Assembly (NCBI GenBank): GCA_024626585.2
Contig: JANKJI020000002.1
Span: 37,679,815 to 37,701,150, forward strand
Direction of reading: 5' to 3'
Length of the DNA stretch: 21,336 nt
Source: Ginkgo biloba
Lineage: Eukaryota > Plantae > Ginkgophyta
In this document: positions 10,117 to 21,336 of the stretch, one piece after another
Position numbering within the stretch: position 1 is the first letter of the stretch
How the letters are laid out: each line of letters begins with the position of its first letter
Translations under genes and position numbers: made by a program
The notes under the pieces: model-generated
The model's database searches: none
What the model saw: only the letters and a program-made list of their open reading frames with translations
Told to the model about the DNA's origin: nothing

Positions 10117-10600
10117 TTGTATCATGCCAGAAGTATCTTGCTTGGCTTCCAAATGGGCCTTACCTTGTCCATCCAGCAGGGCCAGATAACCCATTTTGCA
10201 GATGAGGCAAACCTCCTCTTCAAAGGAATGAAGGTCACCGGATATCCAATTGTATCTTTTGCATGCTTGATGGTGACCTCACCTTCTATGTCATGTTTTT
10301 GAGATGCATTCTAGGATATTCCATGACAAACCAAGGTGACATGTTTATGCTATCTAGTTACCCTTTGGACTTTGTTCATAAAATCCTCTGAGGATTTAGC
10401 ATTCCACTTTTGTGCATTGACTTCCAAGTGAAAAGAAAAATGGGTGGAGACAAGTATTGACTGGAGTGTTTGAGTCAAAAGATGGCATTCAAATTATTGT
10501 TCACAAGAGATGATCTTTTGCTAGGACTATACAAATCTTCGCAACCTGGAAATAGTTCTCGACTTTCCCTGCCTTAAATCCCTTTTTCAAGTGGCTTTTG
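10117..10600 (+). mobile_element. Degraded, internally deleted LINE (L1-like) reverse transcriptase relic in a FAAH intron
   Basis: GLTLSIQQGQITHFADEANLLFKG resembles the LINE RT FADD motif (TTT GCA GAT at 10195-10203). Weaker downstream echoes: YPIVSFAC, GFSI, ALTSK*. Confidence 0.5.
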
Positions 10601-10792
10601 ATTTCCTTGACTGTAAGATGGTTATGGTGGTCAAGTTCCATAAATTATCATTGGATTGGAGAAGAGGGCCACACATACTCATCAACACTTTCCATTCAAA
10701 ATTTTGGGAAGTTTTGAGGAGCAGAAGAAATTAATGCACACACCATTCTAATATTAAGAGTATTGTGATAGTCATTTGACACCGAGAACTTC

Positions 10793-11249
10793 TGTGGAAA
10801 GGGTATATCCTAGTATATTATTTAGCTTTTAATAAATAGAACAAATATTCTTGGAATATTCCAGAATTAATTTGAATTTAAAACAGGCAGGAGATTTGTA
10901 GAAGTTTTGTGTTATAAATAGATGAATTCACCTTCTTAGAAGGTGGTGAGAGTCGAGTTCATGTAAGATTCTGTGTATTTGAATTAAACATTGTAAGTGA
11001 GAGCTGAGGGTATAGTACAGAGTATTCAATTGAATTGAATTTAAGCTTTGTAAAATATTGTCAAAAGCTTGTAACAAGTTGCAGACTTGTACCTAATTTT
11101 GTTAAGCTTTAATGAGAAGAAACATTTGCTCAATTGTGTGTTCTAATTGAGTGTTGTTCTGTAATGTATTATGACATGTAAATGCTTTGGCAATTTAAGT
11201 AATGAATGATTCTGTTCTTTAATTGTGATAAGTTTGTGATGGAATGCTC
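10793..11249 (+). mobile_element. LTR (5' part) running into an assembly gap, inside a FAAH intron
   Basis: Starts TGTGGAAAGGG, has TATAAATA at 10913-10920, and continues with TGTAA-rich R/U5-like sequence. Confidence 0.55.
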
Positions 11250-11574
11250 NNNNNNNNNNNNNNNNNNNNNNNNNNNNNNNNNNNNNNNNNNNNNNNNNNN
11301 NNNNNNNNNNNNNNNNNNNNNNNNNNNNNNNNNNNNNNNNNNNNNNNNNGAAGTATTATTAAGCACAGTGATAGGCTCTTGTAGTACATGTCTTCCTTCA
11401 TCCTTTATTCTCCTCATCAAAGTCAATTTTCTTGATCATATGGAAATCTACAAACCATGGCGAAACCGCCAACGGATTGCAGTGAAGCACACATAGCCTT
11501 AACACACATTGGCAGAGAATGAAACACCATTTTTTCAAATTAAGGACAAACACATTTGATAGGCCTTGCCTCAC

Positions 11575-11667
11575 CTAAGACGCTGCGAAGCAACATAATT
11601 TGCACCAGAAAATGACTCAAAGAGAGCCATATTAAGGCGGACATCATAAGACAATTTTGTCCTCCAC
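11575..11667 (-). CDS. FAAH: FAAH exon (93 nt): (G)WRTKLSYDVRLNMALFESFSGANYVASQRL(R)
   Basis: ttacag|...|gtgagg boundaries; phase matches the preceding exon (GG|G). Homologous to AtFAAH KLSYDTRTSFAIFRSFSASDYIAAQCLR. Confidence 0.95.
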
Positions 11668-11805
11668 CTGTAAGAAAGGATGAGATTGTCAAATTTAAAT
11701 ATTCCTTAGTTCCTATTGCACATACTGAAATCAAACTAAACATGCAATTATAACATACTCTGATTAATTGGACATAATAATATAAAAATGACTGTAGCAA
11801 CAGAC

Positions 11806-11909
11806 CCTTCCTCATAGTCTGGATACAGAGAACTCAATGCCTCTGAGCCAATGGAAACAAGGTGAGCTGCACGCATTTCTTCAATTTCTGGTAGCACTAT
11901 CTCTCTTGT
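11806..11909 (-). CDS. FAAH: FAAH exon (104 nt): TREIVLPEIEEMRAAHLVSIGSEALSSLYPDYEE(G)
   Basis: aag|...|gtctg boundaries. Homologous to AtFAAH VVEIVVPELEEMRAAHVISIGSPTLSSLTPYCEAG. Confidence 0.95.
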
Positions 11910-12077
11910 CTTTCAACCAATAGTGTTCAAAGAAAACCATCATCCATTACAAGATATTTATCAAATAATCCATACATTAATTTGCTTGGAAGGTTGAAAG
12001 AAATTGCAAAAGAAGCAAATCATTTGGTAGCCTCCCATGCCCAGATCTTGCTTTTCCTAGTAGGATGAAAACCTTAC

Positions 12078-12161
12078 TTCAGTTCCAAAAGTGTCAGCAA
12101 TGAGACTGAGAATCCTTTCACAAGTGTTTGAAACTTCATTAGAATACACATCATTGAACCA
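12078..12161 (-). CDS. FAAH: FAAH exon (84 nt): WFNDVYSNEVSNTCERILSLIADTFGTE
   Basis: tttgcag|...|gtaagg boundaries. Homologous to AtFAAH WFNDVSSSDISDKCEDILKLLSNNHGCK. Confidence 0.95.
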
Positions 12162-12286
12162 CTGCAAATAGAGCAATCAATTTGTTAGAAGAAATTACAC
12201 TTGTAATTGTTCTTATGAGCTAGATATAACAGCAACTGCTTAAATTCTACATGTAAACATGAACAGGGGGAGGGAAATGATCCTAC

Positions 12287-12367
12287 ATTTGAATATTTAC
12301 CAAGTTTGAGTGATCCCAAGACATTCAAATTTGGAGGTAGTGCCAACATAGGGAAGCAAGGAGGCAG
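12287..12367 (-). CDS. FAAH: FAAH exon (81 nt): LPPCFPMLALPPNLNVLGSLKLGKYSN
   Basis: ttttgcag|...|gtagga boundaries. Homologous to AtFAAH SPPCFPKLLSHNGSNAIGSLRLGKYTK. Confidence 0.95.
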
Positions 12368-12792
12368 CTGCAAAAAGGATAATACAAGATGTTGCAGTTA
12401 AGCATAAAATTCAAATCTTAATCCGGAAATTATCATATGCAAAAGTGGAATTTTAATGCTTAGTAGATCAGGAAATTCATGAGAAATTTTGGAAAGTATA
12501 ACCCATGGAAATACATAGGGACATGAAAAAACATTCAAAGACATTAGATACAGACACATCTTATCCAAGATAGATTTCATTCTTATCATAATTGTAGCAT
12601 ACTTGAACCCTTGTGAGGATCAAGCTATTACTGGTGGTTTGCAAAATCAAAGGTTTTAGACGAAACCCCTAAAAAAAGTTGCAAAAACATAANNNNNNNN
12701 NNNNNNNNNNNNNNNNNNNNNNNNNNNNNNNNNNNNNNNNNNNNNNNNNNNNNNNNNNNNNNNNNNNNNNNNNNNNNNNNNNNNNNNNNNNN

Positions 12793-13900
12793 CGATCCCT
12801 TAGGTTTGACAATTCTATCTATGTACCCTATGATGCATGAATGATCATGTTATATGTGCTATTTTATGTGTGCATGTTGGAGCATGTCAATGTTGTGAAC
12901 ATAGGTAGCAAGCTATTATAGTGGTATTAGAGTAGAGAGCAAGAACATAAATCCCATTCTAGCACTATGGTATCACAAACTTGAAGAAGTTGGATAGTAT
13001 AGAGGATTGAATGAAAAGGATTGAAGAACAACAACAATGGATGGAGAAGCCTATCCTCATAAACAGGGGAGAAAGAGAGTGAAAGTCCAAATTGCCCATA
13101 GATCAGAGCTTTAATGCTCCAAAAGAAGAGGAGCCAATAACATCCTTAGAGGAAGAAATGCCTAGTGAATTAAAAAATTCTCATGATGAAGAACCTAGGC
13201 ATAAGCTAGCCCAAAGACAATGTAAGTTACTTAACAACATTAAGCAATAGAAGAATGTACAAATGCCTAATTTTGTTGGAAGGGAAGTAGGATCCTCTTT
13301 CAAGAGTTGGATAAGGATAGGTGAGACATTCTTTTGCTCTTAACATATTGGAAGAAAACGAAGTGACTGTGGTGACATTTTCATTAAAGGGACCTGTGAG
13401 AGAGTGGTGGAATGTGTTCAAATAGAAGTAGAGGATGGTATGGGGCCACCTATCAACACTTGGACAAAAGTTAAGACCATCATGTTTATGAAGTATTCAA
13501 CTTAGAACAATATGCAAGGAGCCTATGGACAAGTGATAGATTTTAAGCAAAGTGACACAATGCAAGAATTCAACAATAAGATGGATGGGTTATTTGTTCT
13601 ACTACTGAACTTTCCAATGAGGTATATAGTTTATCAATTTATGCATGGATTAAAACCCCATATCCACCAAGCAATAGTGGTCACACAACTTGCTACCATG
13701 GACGATATGTTCAATAGTGCATTATAGATAGAAGTTGCACGATTGAGAAAAACAAAGTTTCAAAAAATTGTTTCGTTAGAAGACTTCTTTGAATTCACAA
13801 AGTCTTAGTACAAGCAAGGCAAAAAGCATTTCTTCCAAAAGAAGTACTTTCTTAAGTCCTTTCAAAACAAAGGAAAGGAAGAAAAGTTCAAAGGGAAGAA
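12793..13900 (+). mobile_element. Ty3/gypsy retrotransposon relic: LTR remnant, tRNA-Met PBS and gag pseudogene
   Basis: PBS TGGTATCA at 12968-12975. Gag motifs MPNFVG...SW, SLKGPVREWW, INTWTKVK and FMHGLKPHIHQAIVVTQLATMDDMFNSAL (about 13250-13730), with stops and frameshifts. Confidence 0.85.
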
Positions 13901-14758
13901 ATCCTCTCAATTGAAGGGAGAGAGTAGATTGCCTATGAAATGCTTCCCAAAAGATCTTGTTCCCACCTATGAAAAAACAACAATGTTAAGAAGGAGAAAA
14001 GAGGGGCATTATAGTGAGCACATCTTCCATGGTAAGGAGTTGAGTGACCAAAACAATGCATTTGCAAACTTTGCTCACTTGAGCTAAAGACAGAGGGCAT
14101 TCCATTTTTTTGCTGCCTTGCCTTTAATGAGATTAGAGGGAGATACTATTGCTTTTTCAAAGATACAGGAGGATCCCTCGCTATATTTATTTCATATAGG
14201 GACCAATAGTGGCTTACTCTCTTCCTTAGAGAGCTCTTCCTCCATTAATGCTACCTCTTAGGGAGCACAACTTAGTATCCAAATAGTCTAGCAAATCACC
14301 TTTTTCTTTTAGTTGGCAACCTTAGTAATAAGGCAAAAGTGCCTAGGACACACACAAAGCCTCCAAGGGGACACTAGAAATTGTCCAGAAATCCCAATCA
14401 ACATAGCATCATACACAACCCAATAAGAGACATCACAAATACACCAAGAGATATTCTTGTAGGGCCAAGAGAGGTAGGTCTAGAGCTAGGGAGGCAGACC
14501 CATTACCAAATTCTTTGGCCCAAACAAAGGAGTTTCAACCTTGGATTCTATAAGAGAGATAGGTGAAAATAGACACACAACAACACCTAGTTTGATAAAC
14601 ATTGATGATCAGAATGATCATTTTACATACTTTGGGTGATTTTATAAAAGTGGATGACNNNNNNNNNNNNNNNNNNNNNNNNNNNNNNNNNNNNNNNNNN
14701 NNNNNNNNNNNNNNNNNNNNNNNNNNNNNNNNNNNNNNNNNNNNNNNNNNNNNNNNNN

Positions 14759-14844
14759 ATTGTTAGTTGAAGTGGTAGATGTTTCCGCTGATTACTTATG
14801 TTTATTTATTATTATTTTTGTTTCTAGGGAAGTGGGTTGTTACA
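14759..14844 (+). mobile_element. 3' end of a gypsy-type LTR
   Basis: Ends GGGTTGTTACA, a typical LTR terminus, after which the sequence reverts to intron-like composition. Confidence 0.45.
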
Positions 14845-15214
14845 GCTTCCCCAAGAATCTCATTATTTCTTTCAACAAATCTCAATGATTCTAATTAATG
14901 CCTTTGATATGTTTCACCACTTGAAACAAGTATAGCTTAAGACAACACAACTTTGATAAGCAAAAGAAATGTATAGTTTTGGTAAAAGACAATATAAACA
15001 CTAATGCAAAAGAACACCCTTATGGCTTATATGGATAGCAAATAATTTGGACAACATTAATGAGTTTCAATAGATAGAGTGATTTTTTGTCTTACAACAT
15101 CAATATTATATTGTGGATATAGGCAATCATACCTCCTTGATGTACATTAAAGTCCTTATTAATTGAAGACTTCTATGTGGAATTTTTTTCATTCTCTAAA
15201 GATTTTATATGATA

Positions 15215-15221
15215 GTGTGTG

Positions 15222-15256
<35 letters not shown>

Positions 15257-15275
15257 ATACATATGTATATGTATG
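15215..15275. repeat. Compound (GT)n/(AT)n microsatellite
   Basis: (GT)13 at 15231-15256 flanked by AT/GT dinucleotide runs. Confidence 0.95.
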
Positions 15276-15441
15276 CACCTATATTTTAAGTTATAGATGT
15301 AAATATTGTATCAACATTTTGATTGAGATTGTGGTGTAAAGGATATAAGGAAATTCAACATAGCTCCTACTTTAATNNNNNNNNNNNNNNNNNNNNNNNN
15401 NNNNNNNNNNNNNNNNNNNNNNNNNNNNNNNNNNNNNNNNN

Positions 15442-15477
15442 ACATCCCTTGCTGAAGATCCCAACATTGCCGCATAC
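15442..15477 (-). CDS. FAAH: FAAH exon, 3' end hidden in an N-gap: (V)YAAMLGSSARD(V)...
   Basis: Acceptor tttttatgaag|G TAT GCG GCA ATG TTG GGA TCT TCA; phase matches the upstream exon (GT|G). AtFAAH has VYAAILGSS. Confidence 0.9.
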
Positions 15478-17329
15478 CTTCATAAAAAAGCATACGCATA
15501 AATTTTTCTTTGTGAAAGCCATACTGTATTCTAAAATAAGTATTTATAAAATAGATTGACACCTATTTCATGTACAACAACACATTATTAAAGGACTACC
15601 ATATCATGAATAAGATCATAGGCCATAAGTTTTTTGTAGGGTTTGAGGATCCTATGTGTTGATCTACCATTTCTTAAGGCTAAAAGGATTTAGTATGCAC
15701 AATTCTTCCATTGTTGGCAATGTGAAAATCTCCTTCAAGCTTGTGCACATGGTTTTAAACCAAGCCTCATAGTAAGACTGGTCATGCTTCCTAACAATGC
15801 TTCTATGCAACATCTGACCATATGCATATTGAATTCCACCCCTTAAAAACATCCCAACCTATGTTGTAGATGTGAAAGAGTACTTAGGCAGTCCTAATGA
15901 TTCCAAATTTGAATTGGAGTATTTTATCAAATAATATTTTCTTCAATATTGACGACGCAGCNNNNNNNNNNNNNNNNNNNNNNNNNNNNNNNNNNNNNNN
16001 NNNNNNNNNNNNNNNNNNNNNNNNNNNNNNNNNNNNNNNNNNNNNNNNNNNNNNNNNNNNNNNNNNNNNNNNNNNNNNNNNNNNNNNNNNNNNNNNNNNN
16101 NNNNNNNNNNNNNNNNNNNNNNNNNNNNNNNNNNNNNNNNNNNNNNNNNNNNNNNNNNNNNNNNNNNNNNNNNNNNNNNNNNNNNNNNNNNNNNNNNNNN
16201 NNNNNNNNNNNNNNNNNNNNNNNNNNNNNNNNNNNNNNNNNNNNNNNNNNNNNNNNNNNNNNNNNNNNNNNNNNNNNNNNNNNNNNNNNNNNNNNNNNNN
16301 NNNNNNNNNNNNNNNNNNNNNNNNNNNNNNNNNNNNNNNNNNNNNNNNNNNNNNNNNNNNNNNNNNNNNNNNNNNNNNNNNNNNNNNNNNNNNNNNNNNN
16401 NNNNNNNNNNNNNNNNNNNNNNNNNNNNNNNNNNNNNNNNNNNNNNNNNNNNNNNNNNNNNNNNNNNNNNNNNNNNNNNNNNNNNNNNNNNNNNNNNNNN
16501 NNNNNNNNNNNNNNNNNNNNNNNNNNNNNNNNNNNNNNNNNNNNNNNNNNNNNNNNNNNNNNNNNNNNNNNNNNNNNNNNNNNNNNNNNNNNNNNNNNNN
16601 NNNNNNNNNNNNNNNNNNNNNNNNNNNNNNNNNNNNNNNNNNNNNNNNNNNNNNNNNNNNNNNNNNNNNNNNNNNNNNNNNNNNNNNNNNNNNNNNNNNN
16701 NNNNNNNNNNNNNNNNNNNNNNNNNNNNNNNNNNNNNNNNNNNNNNNNNNNNNNNNNNNNNNNNNNNNNNNNNNNNNNNNNNNNNNNNNNNNNNNNNNNN
16801 NNNNNNNNNNNNNNNNNNNNNNNNNNNNNNNNNNNNNNNNNNNNNNNNNNNNNNNNNNNNNNNNNNNNNNNNNNNNNNNNNNNNNNNNNNNNNNNNNNNN
16901 NNNNNNNNNNNNNNNNNNNNNNNNNNNNNNNNNNNNNNNNNNNNNNNNNNNCCGACGGTGTCGGCCATCCGCGCTTTCAAAGGCGCCGGATGCTCCTGCA
17001 TCAAATATATTACAAAATACACCATATACTATATTTTGATAACCACTAGCATTATTATCATTATTATTGAAGTTAGTTTGAAAATGACCCTCGTTATTGT
17101 TGTTACCACTAGGTTGTTAAGGGCTTAAGGTCATTATTATTAAATGTGTTGCTATCATTTGCTGACAAATCCTAATGGCAATATGGATACTCATAGGGAT
17201 TATTCCCAACCATTTTGTGATACAACGAGTTCTTCTTGACAGCATCTAGTGGATGTGGCTCTTGTGTGGAAGTTGGTGACTCTTTGTTGGAGATGGGTGA
17301 TTCCTTTGGGTCTAGGTTGCTCATATTGT

Positions 17330-17580
17330 ATTTAATCACAACACTTTAATGATTCTCTAGTTGCAAAGTTGCACACAACATCTTTGCTATAGCTATATGG
17401 ATTTCAAAACCCAAGGGGTCTCCGCATGCCTTCCTAATGAGGTCAAGGCTCTACTATGTCTCATCCGCATCCATTAACCTTGAACTCACGCCATTTAATT
17501 CATATCTACCACTAAAATTTGGTTCTTCCTTGACTAGATTCATGTCTAGGTCTTCTCTTGTCATGGTGTAAAGATGAGCA
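17330..17580 (-). mobile_element. Highly degraded Ty3/gypsy gag fragment
   Basis: VKEEPNFSGRYELNGVSSRL and, downstream, ATLQLEN resemble the gag N-terminal K.E.P.FSG and ATL.L.G motifs. Multiple stops. Confidence 0.4.
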
Positions 17581-18183
17581 TTGTTTAGGTGCTTGCTCCC
17601 ACAGGGGTGTCCTTGTCTATTTTTCCTGAAGCCTCAACATTCTTTCGTTTGTCCCCTTTATGAGTTGTCATTCTTTTGTGGCGAACTATGTTATATAGTT
17701 GTCATTTTTTTTTGTTATCTCATGTTCCTTCTCTAGTAATTCTTGTGTATGCCTCACTTTCCCTTGATGCAATTGGTTGCATGACTAGCCAAACTCTCAA
17801 TGACATCGAAAGACCCCTAGCTATGCGTGGGATTACTTACAACCCACATCATCTTCCATAGCTAGGGTCTTCACGATCTAGGACATTTGATGCAATCACA
17901 ACTCACCTAGTTAGTAGAAGATGCAAACTACTATCTTCTCGCGCTTGGTCCTACCATCCTTACTAGATATGTCCCACCAACACAACCAAATGTTGATTAA
18001 ATGAGGATCCCATACATGGATCCCACCATTAGCAATGAGTTAGCATAAAAAACATTAGACATAAATGCACGNNNNNNNNNNNNNNNNNNNNNNNNNNNNN
18101 NNNNNNNNNNNNNNNNNNNNNNNNNNNNNNNNNNNNNNNNNNNNNNNNNNNNNNNNNNNNNNNNNNNNNNNNNNNNNNNNNNN

Positions 18184-18452
18184 CCATGTAGTCGTTGTTG
18201 GCTCTCACATCAAACCTTCACTTTCTCTATCCTATTTATATTAATTTGGCCTTCATAAATACCAACTAACATGACTCCCTGTTGAATGGTATAACCCTAG
18301 AAGTGTCCCTTCATTTAATACTCATTAATTACATCATTGATTGCTCCTAATAAATGCATTATAATGGCATCATTAATGACACCATCACTACATTACATGC
18401 AGTGGATTTGGCCATGTTTGGTTGACATTATTATGCCATTAATTGTGGTCTA
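18184..18452 (-). mobile_element. LTR fragment resembling the 98-974 LTR
   Basis: Shares TTCTCT..CCTATTTATA (18223-18240), GCATCATTAATG and GTTGACAT motifs in the same orientation. Confidence 0.5.
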
Positions 18453-18552
18453 NNNNNNNNNNNNNNNNNNNNNNNNNNNNNNNNNNNNNNNNNNNNNNNN
18501 NNNNNNNNNNNNNNNNNNNNNNNNNNNNNNNNNNNNNNNNNNNNNNNNNNNN

Positions 18553-19535
18553 GTTTGACTGAGGATTGTACTCAAGGGTTGGAGAACCTAAAACCATGCA
18601 AGAATTTTACCCTCCAAGAAAACCTAAGACTTTAAGGATGATTGGTAAGTAAAACAAGTGAACTATTGATGTGGAAAAAGAATACTTGAGTTAATGGTAT
18701 GTTAAGAATTCTATCGTAGCATATTTTATTCAATGTTATAGCTCATTATTTGTACGCACCCACCATGGATTCTAGTTGGGCTAACTTTGTGGAAATATGA
18801 ATTGGTGGATCTTCATCTTATGGGGATATTTTATTGGAATGGTACGTTTAGAATTCTATCTTAGGCATATTTTATTGGCTGCCATGATTGTATGTACTAG
18901 CAAATTCAATTGGGACTAGCTTAATGGATATGTGTATCAATGGATTTCAATAGGTCTTCATCCTGAAAGTATAGATTGGTGGATTCCATTGGTTCCTAAT
19001 TCTAAATGCATATATTGATGTGTAATTGTGGGACTCAATAAATGGTGTTAGGATGGATTCTATTAGAGGATGAGGGATGTCACTTTATAAGGCCATATTG
19101 GAGAGGTTGCAATGCATTAGAAGGGTTGGATAGCCACTGTAATGCTACCACATGTATGGACCCACAGGCATAATAGGTATGAATCTTATACATAAAAGGA
19201 TTGGATGCAACTAGTAGAGTCTATGTTTGTGTTAGGAACCATGTGCATAAGCATGTGAGTATTTCCCAAGGCCTAACAATAGTAGAAACCTTATCTATGT
19301 TGTCATGTTTATAGAAGTAACAGACCCCTAGCACCAACACTTAAGCAACTAATGTTTATGTTTGTGGCTGACATAAATCTTTTCTTGGATATACTATTCA
19401 TGGTAGGTTATAGGTTTGAATGTGTTGAGAGACTTTGAAATAGTATGTATGCCTTCCCTAATGGTCAATGGGTGTTTGTAAGTTATGTCCTTGACCAAGT
19501 TTCTACGAGTGAATGTGGGAGCATGTGACATTACA
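18553..19535 (+). mobile_element. Probable degraded LTR containing a 145-bp tandem duplication
   Basis: Ends GTGACATTACA, close to the common GGACATTACA LTR terminus. Internal diverged repeat units start at 18693 and 18838. Confidence 0.4.
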
Positions 19536-19977
19536 CATGATAGGGAGAGGAGAAATGCAATGTGTTTTGATTAGTCTTTTTCTTGGTTTGAAAGTTAGTT
19601 TCTAGTTTACACAACGACTTTTATAGATATTTAAGATTTTTCCTTTTTTTAGATTAAATTTTGAATTCAACAACACATTTTGATCATAGGTAATTTTCGC
19701 ATGAATACATTGTTATTTGACCATATCTCTCTCTATCTGTATGTACATATGTGTATGTGTGTGTGCACATATGGTGTCTAAGATCATATGCAATCTCTCT
19801 CCCTCCCTCGCAATTTTCCATTCATTTTCCCTAATACATACAAATGTATATTTATAACTAGAAAGAAAAGTAGTAGTCTTCACCCTTACTAGAAAGTGGG
19901 AAAGATAGGTTTAAAATTAAATAATGTTCAAACAATATGTGATAATTTGTCTATTTTGAAAGGGGTGATGTACATAC

Positions 19978-20049
19978 ACCAACATCACATCTTCAATTGT
20001 TGCTGCAATTGGAGCTACTACCTCCACCGTACCACCTTCACACGAAGTA
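19978..20049 (-). CDS. FAAH: FAAH exon (72 nt): TSCEGGTVEVVAPIAATIEDVML(V)
   Basis: gttgcag|...GT|gtatgt boundaries. Homologous to AtFAAH GSLCEGGTVEIIGPLASSLEDAFLV, just after the amidase signature. Confidence 0.93.
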
Positions 20050-20944
20050 CTGCAACACCATAATGCTTGCAAAATTTAGAGCCTTAACAAACATAATGCC
20101 ATAACCTCTTAAAATAAATTAAATGAAATGAATAAAAGAGATTCAATATTTTTTGTCATAAAATGCCACAAAATATTATTATTGCAAATGGATGTTTACA
20201 TATACCTTTCTTTGAAGAGCATTATATTAAAAACCTCAAACAACTAGCTATGCTAGTGTAGCATTTTTCCAGACTTCAGTTAATAGTGAATGCTTTCCAT
20301 CACATCATAACAACAATTGCACTCTTTACAATAATAAAATAAAATAGTCATATTCATGATATATAAACTTCTAAAAGCACTTAGAGATAACAAGTTCATG
20401 CTTTTAAGGAAATGTTTTTTTGAAGACCCTCAAAACCAAAAGATTTTATTACTAAATTAAAAAAAAGAGTATATCAAGAAGTACTATTCACAATTGGATA
20501 ACATCTAGTGATATTATGACTTAATGGCAAAAAAAGTGATTCATTATGTCACAATTGGACAAATAGTAATGACATGTGCAACTGTCAATCAGTGACATGT
20601 GTCGGCTTAGAGCCACAACAGGCTCTCCAAGCATGTTGGTAGCTCCAAGGTTAAGCTTTTACTTTACATGGGAGATGGAGCCTAATCATTTCTATTTATA
20701 TGTGCGTTGTTGTGGGCTTCAACAACTCATATATCATCATTTGATTCCTCTAAGCAAGGCATCTTCTTTCTCTCTACCTATTCTCCACATTTTGGCCTAT
20801 TTCTAGTAACCCAAAAGTCCTTAGATTACTCTATTGTCATTTTATACATATTGTGGAGACAAGGTGATTTCACTATAGCATTGTTCTAGGGCTCAAAGTT
20901 CTCTTAGTAGTGCTCAAATCTCTTCTTTGGTGTAAGGCATCCTC

Positions 20945-21336
20945 AATGGATCTCTTCTAGACCCCCCATTTCTTCTTTAACCTTTTTTCTCAAATTTGAT
21001 TGTTTTGGCTTTGAAAAATTTAAAGATATTTACAAGGATGATAAAGATTTTGTAGAGATGTAATCTGCCATGCAACAACATACTATGTTGTAAGAGGAGC
21101 AGCTAAGAGAATATCATTTGTAGGATGGGATTTCGTACAAGTTAAATGCAATCTATGTGCCACAAGGAGGGCATTGATCTCAACTAATCAAAGAAGCATA
21201 TCCCTATAAGGTGGAAGGGCAATTTGGAGTGTAAAAGACTCTGTTTAATTCATAGAGATATTTTTATTGCCCCAAGATGGCCTAGGATGTTGCATGATTC
21301 ATCAAGGCATATGCATCATGTTGCATTTCCAAGCCA
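20945..21336 (+). mobile_element. Ty3/gypsy pol relic: RNase H-integrase linker and integrase zinc-binding domain
   Basis: From 21001: CFGFEKFKDIYKDDKDF...YHL*DGISYKLNAIYVPQGGH*SQLIKEAYTYKVEGQFGV*KTLFNS*RYFYCPKMA*DVA*FIKAYASCCISKP, a decayed LIREAH...GHFG..KT...YWP.M..DV...C..C motif. It is preceded by SRPP. Confidence 0.92.

Noticed and set aside
11437-11454. HMEIYK resembling the missing FAAH exon
   Set aside because: Wrong strand and no flanking similarity; coincidence.
12570-12606. GTATGCTACAATT resembling the YAAILG exon
   Set aside because: No correct acceptor phase or downstream match; the real exon is at 15442-15477.
15664-15852. Possible integrase C-terminal fragment
   Set aside because: Similarity too weak; no GPY/F motif.
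15897-17049. 360-380 aa ORFs in the track
   Set aside because: Artefacts of translating through the N-run; the same applies to the other X-containing ORFs.

Overview
AT-rich, CpG-depleted plant nuclear DNA from a gappy draft assembly (14 N-runs). The TE types, TE-filled introns and PLS-PPR style suggest a gymnosperm (inference). The main feature is largely missed by the ORF track: a minus-strand fatty acid amide hydrolase (FAAH, amidase-signature family, group I-like) gene. Seven of its exons are readable between 20049 and 9627, stop-free with canonical splice sites wherever visible. Its introns carry LTR-retrotransposon and LINE relics. The 5' exons lie outside the window; two internal exons and the 3'-terminal exons are not visible. 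Downstream, one contig (6762-7895) packs together a PPR pseudogene fragment, a possible signal-peptide exon and a truncated cytokinin-receptor (AHK2/3/4-type) HisKA exon with its intron acceptor. The rest is decayed Ty3/gypsy material (chromodomain, gag, integrase, LTRs, PPT/PBS) and small tandem repeats. I see no convincing new biological system; the gene-fragment mosaic is the best lead. All homology calls are from recalled family motifs, not database searches.
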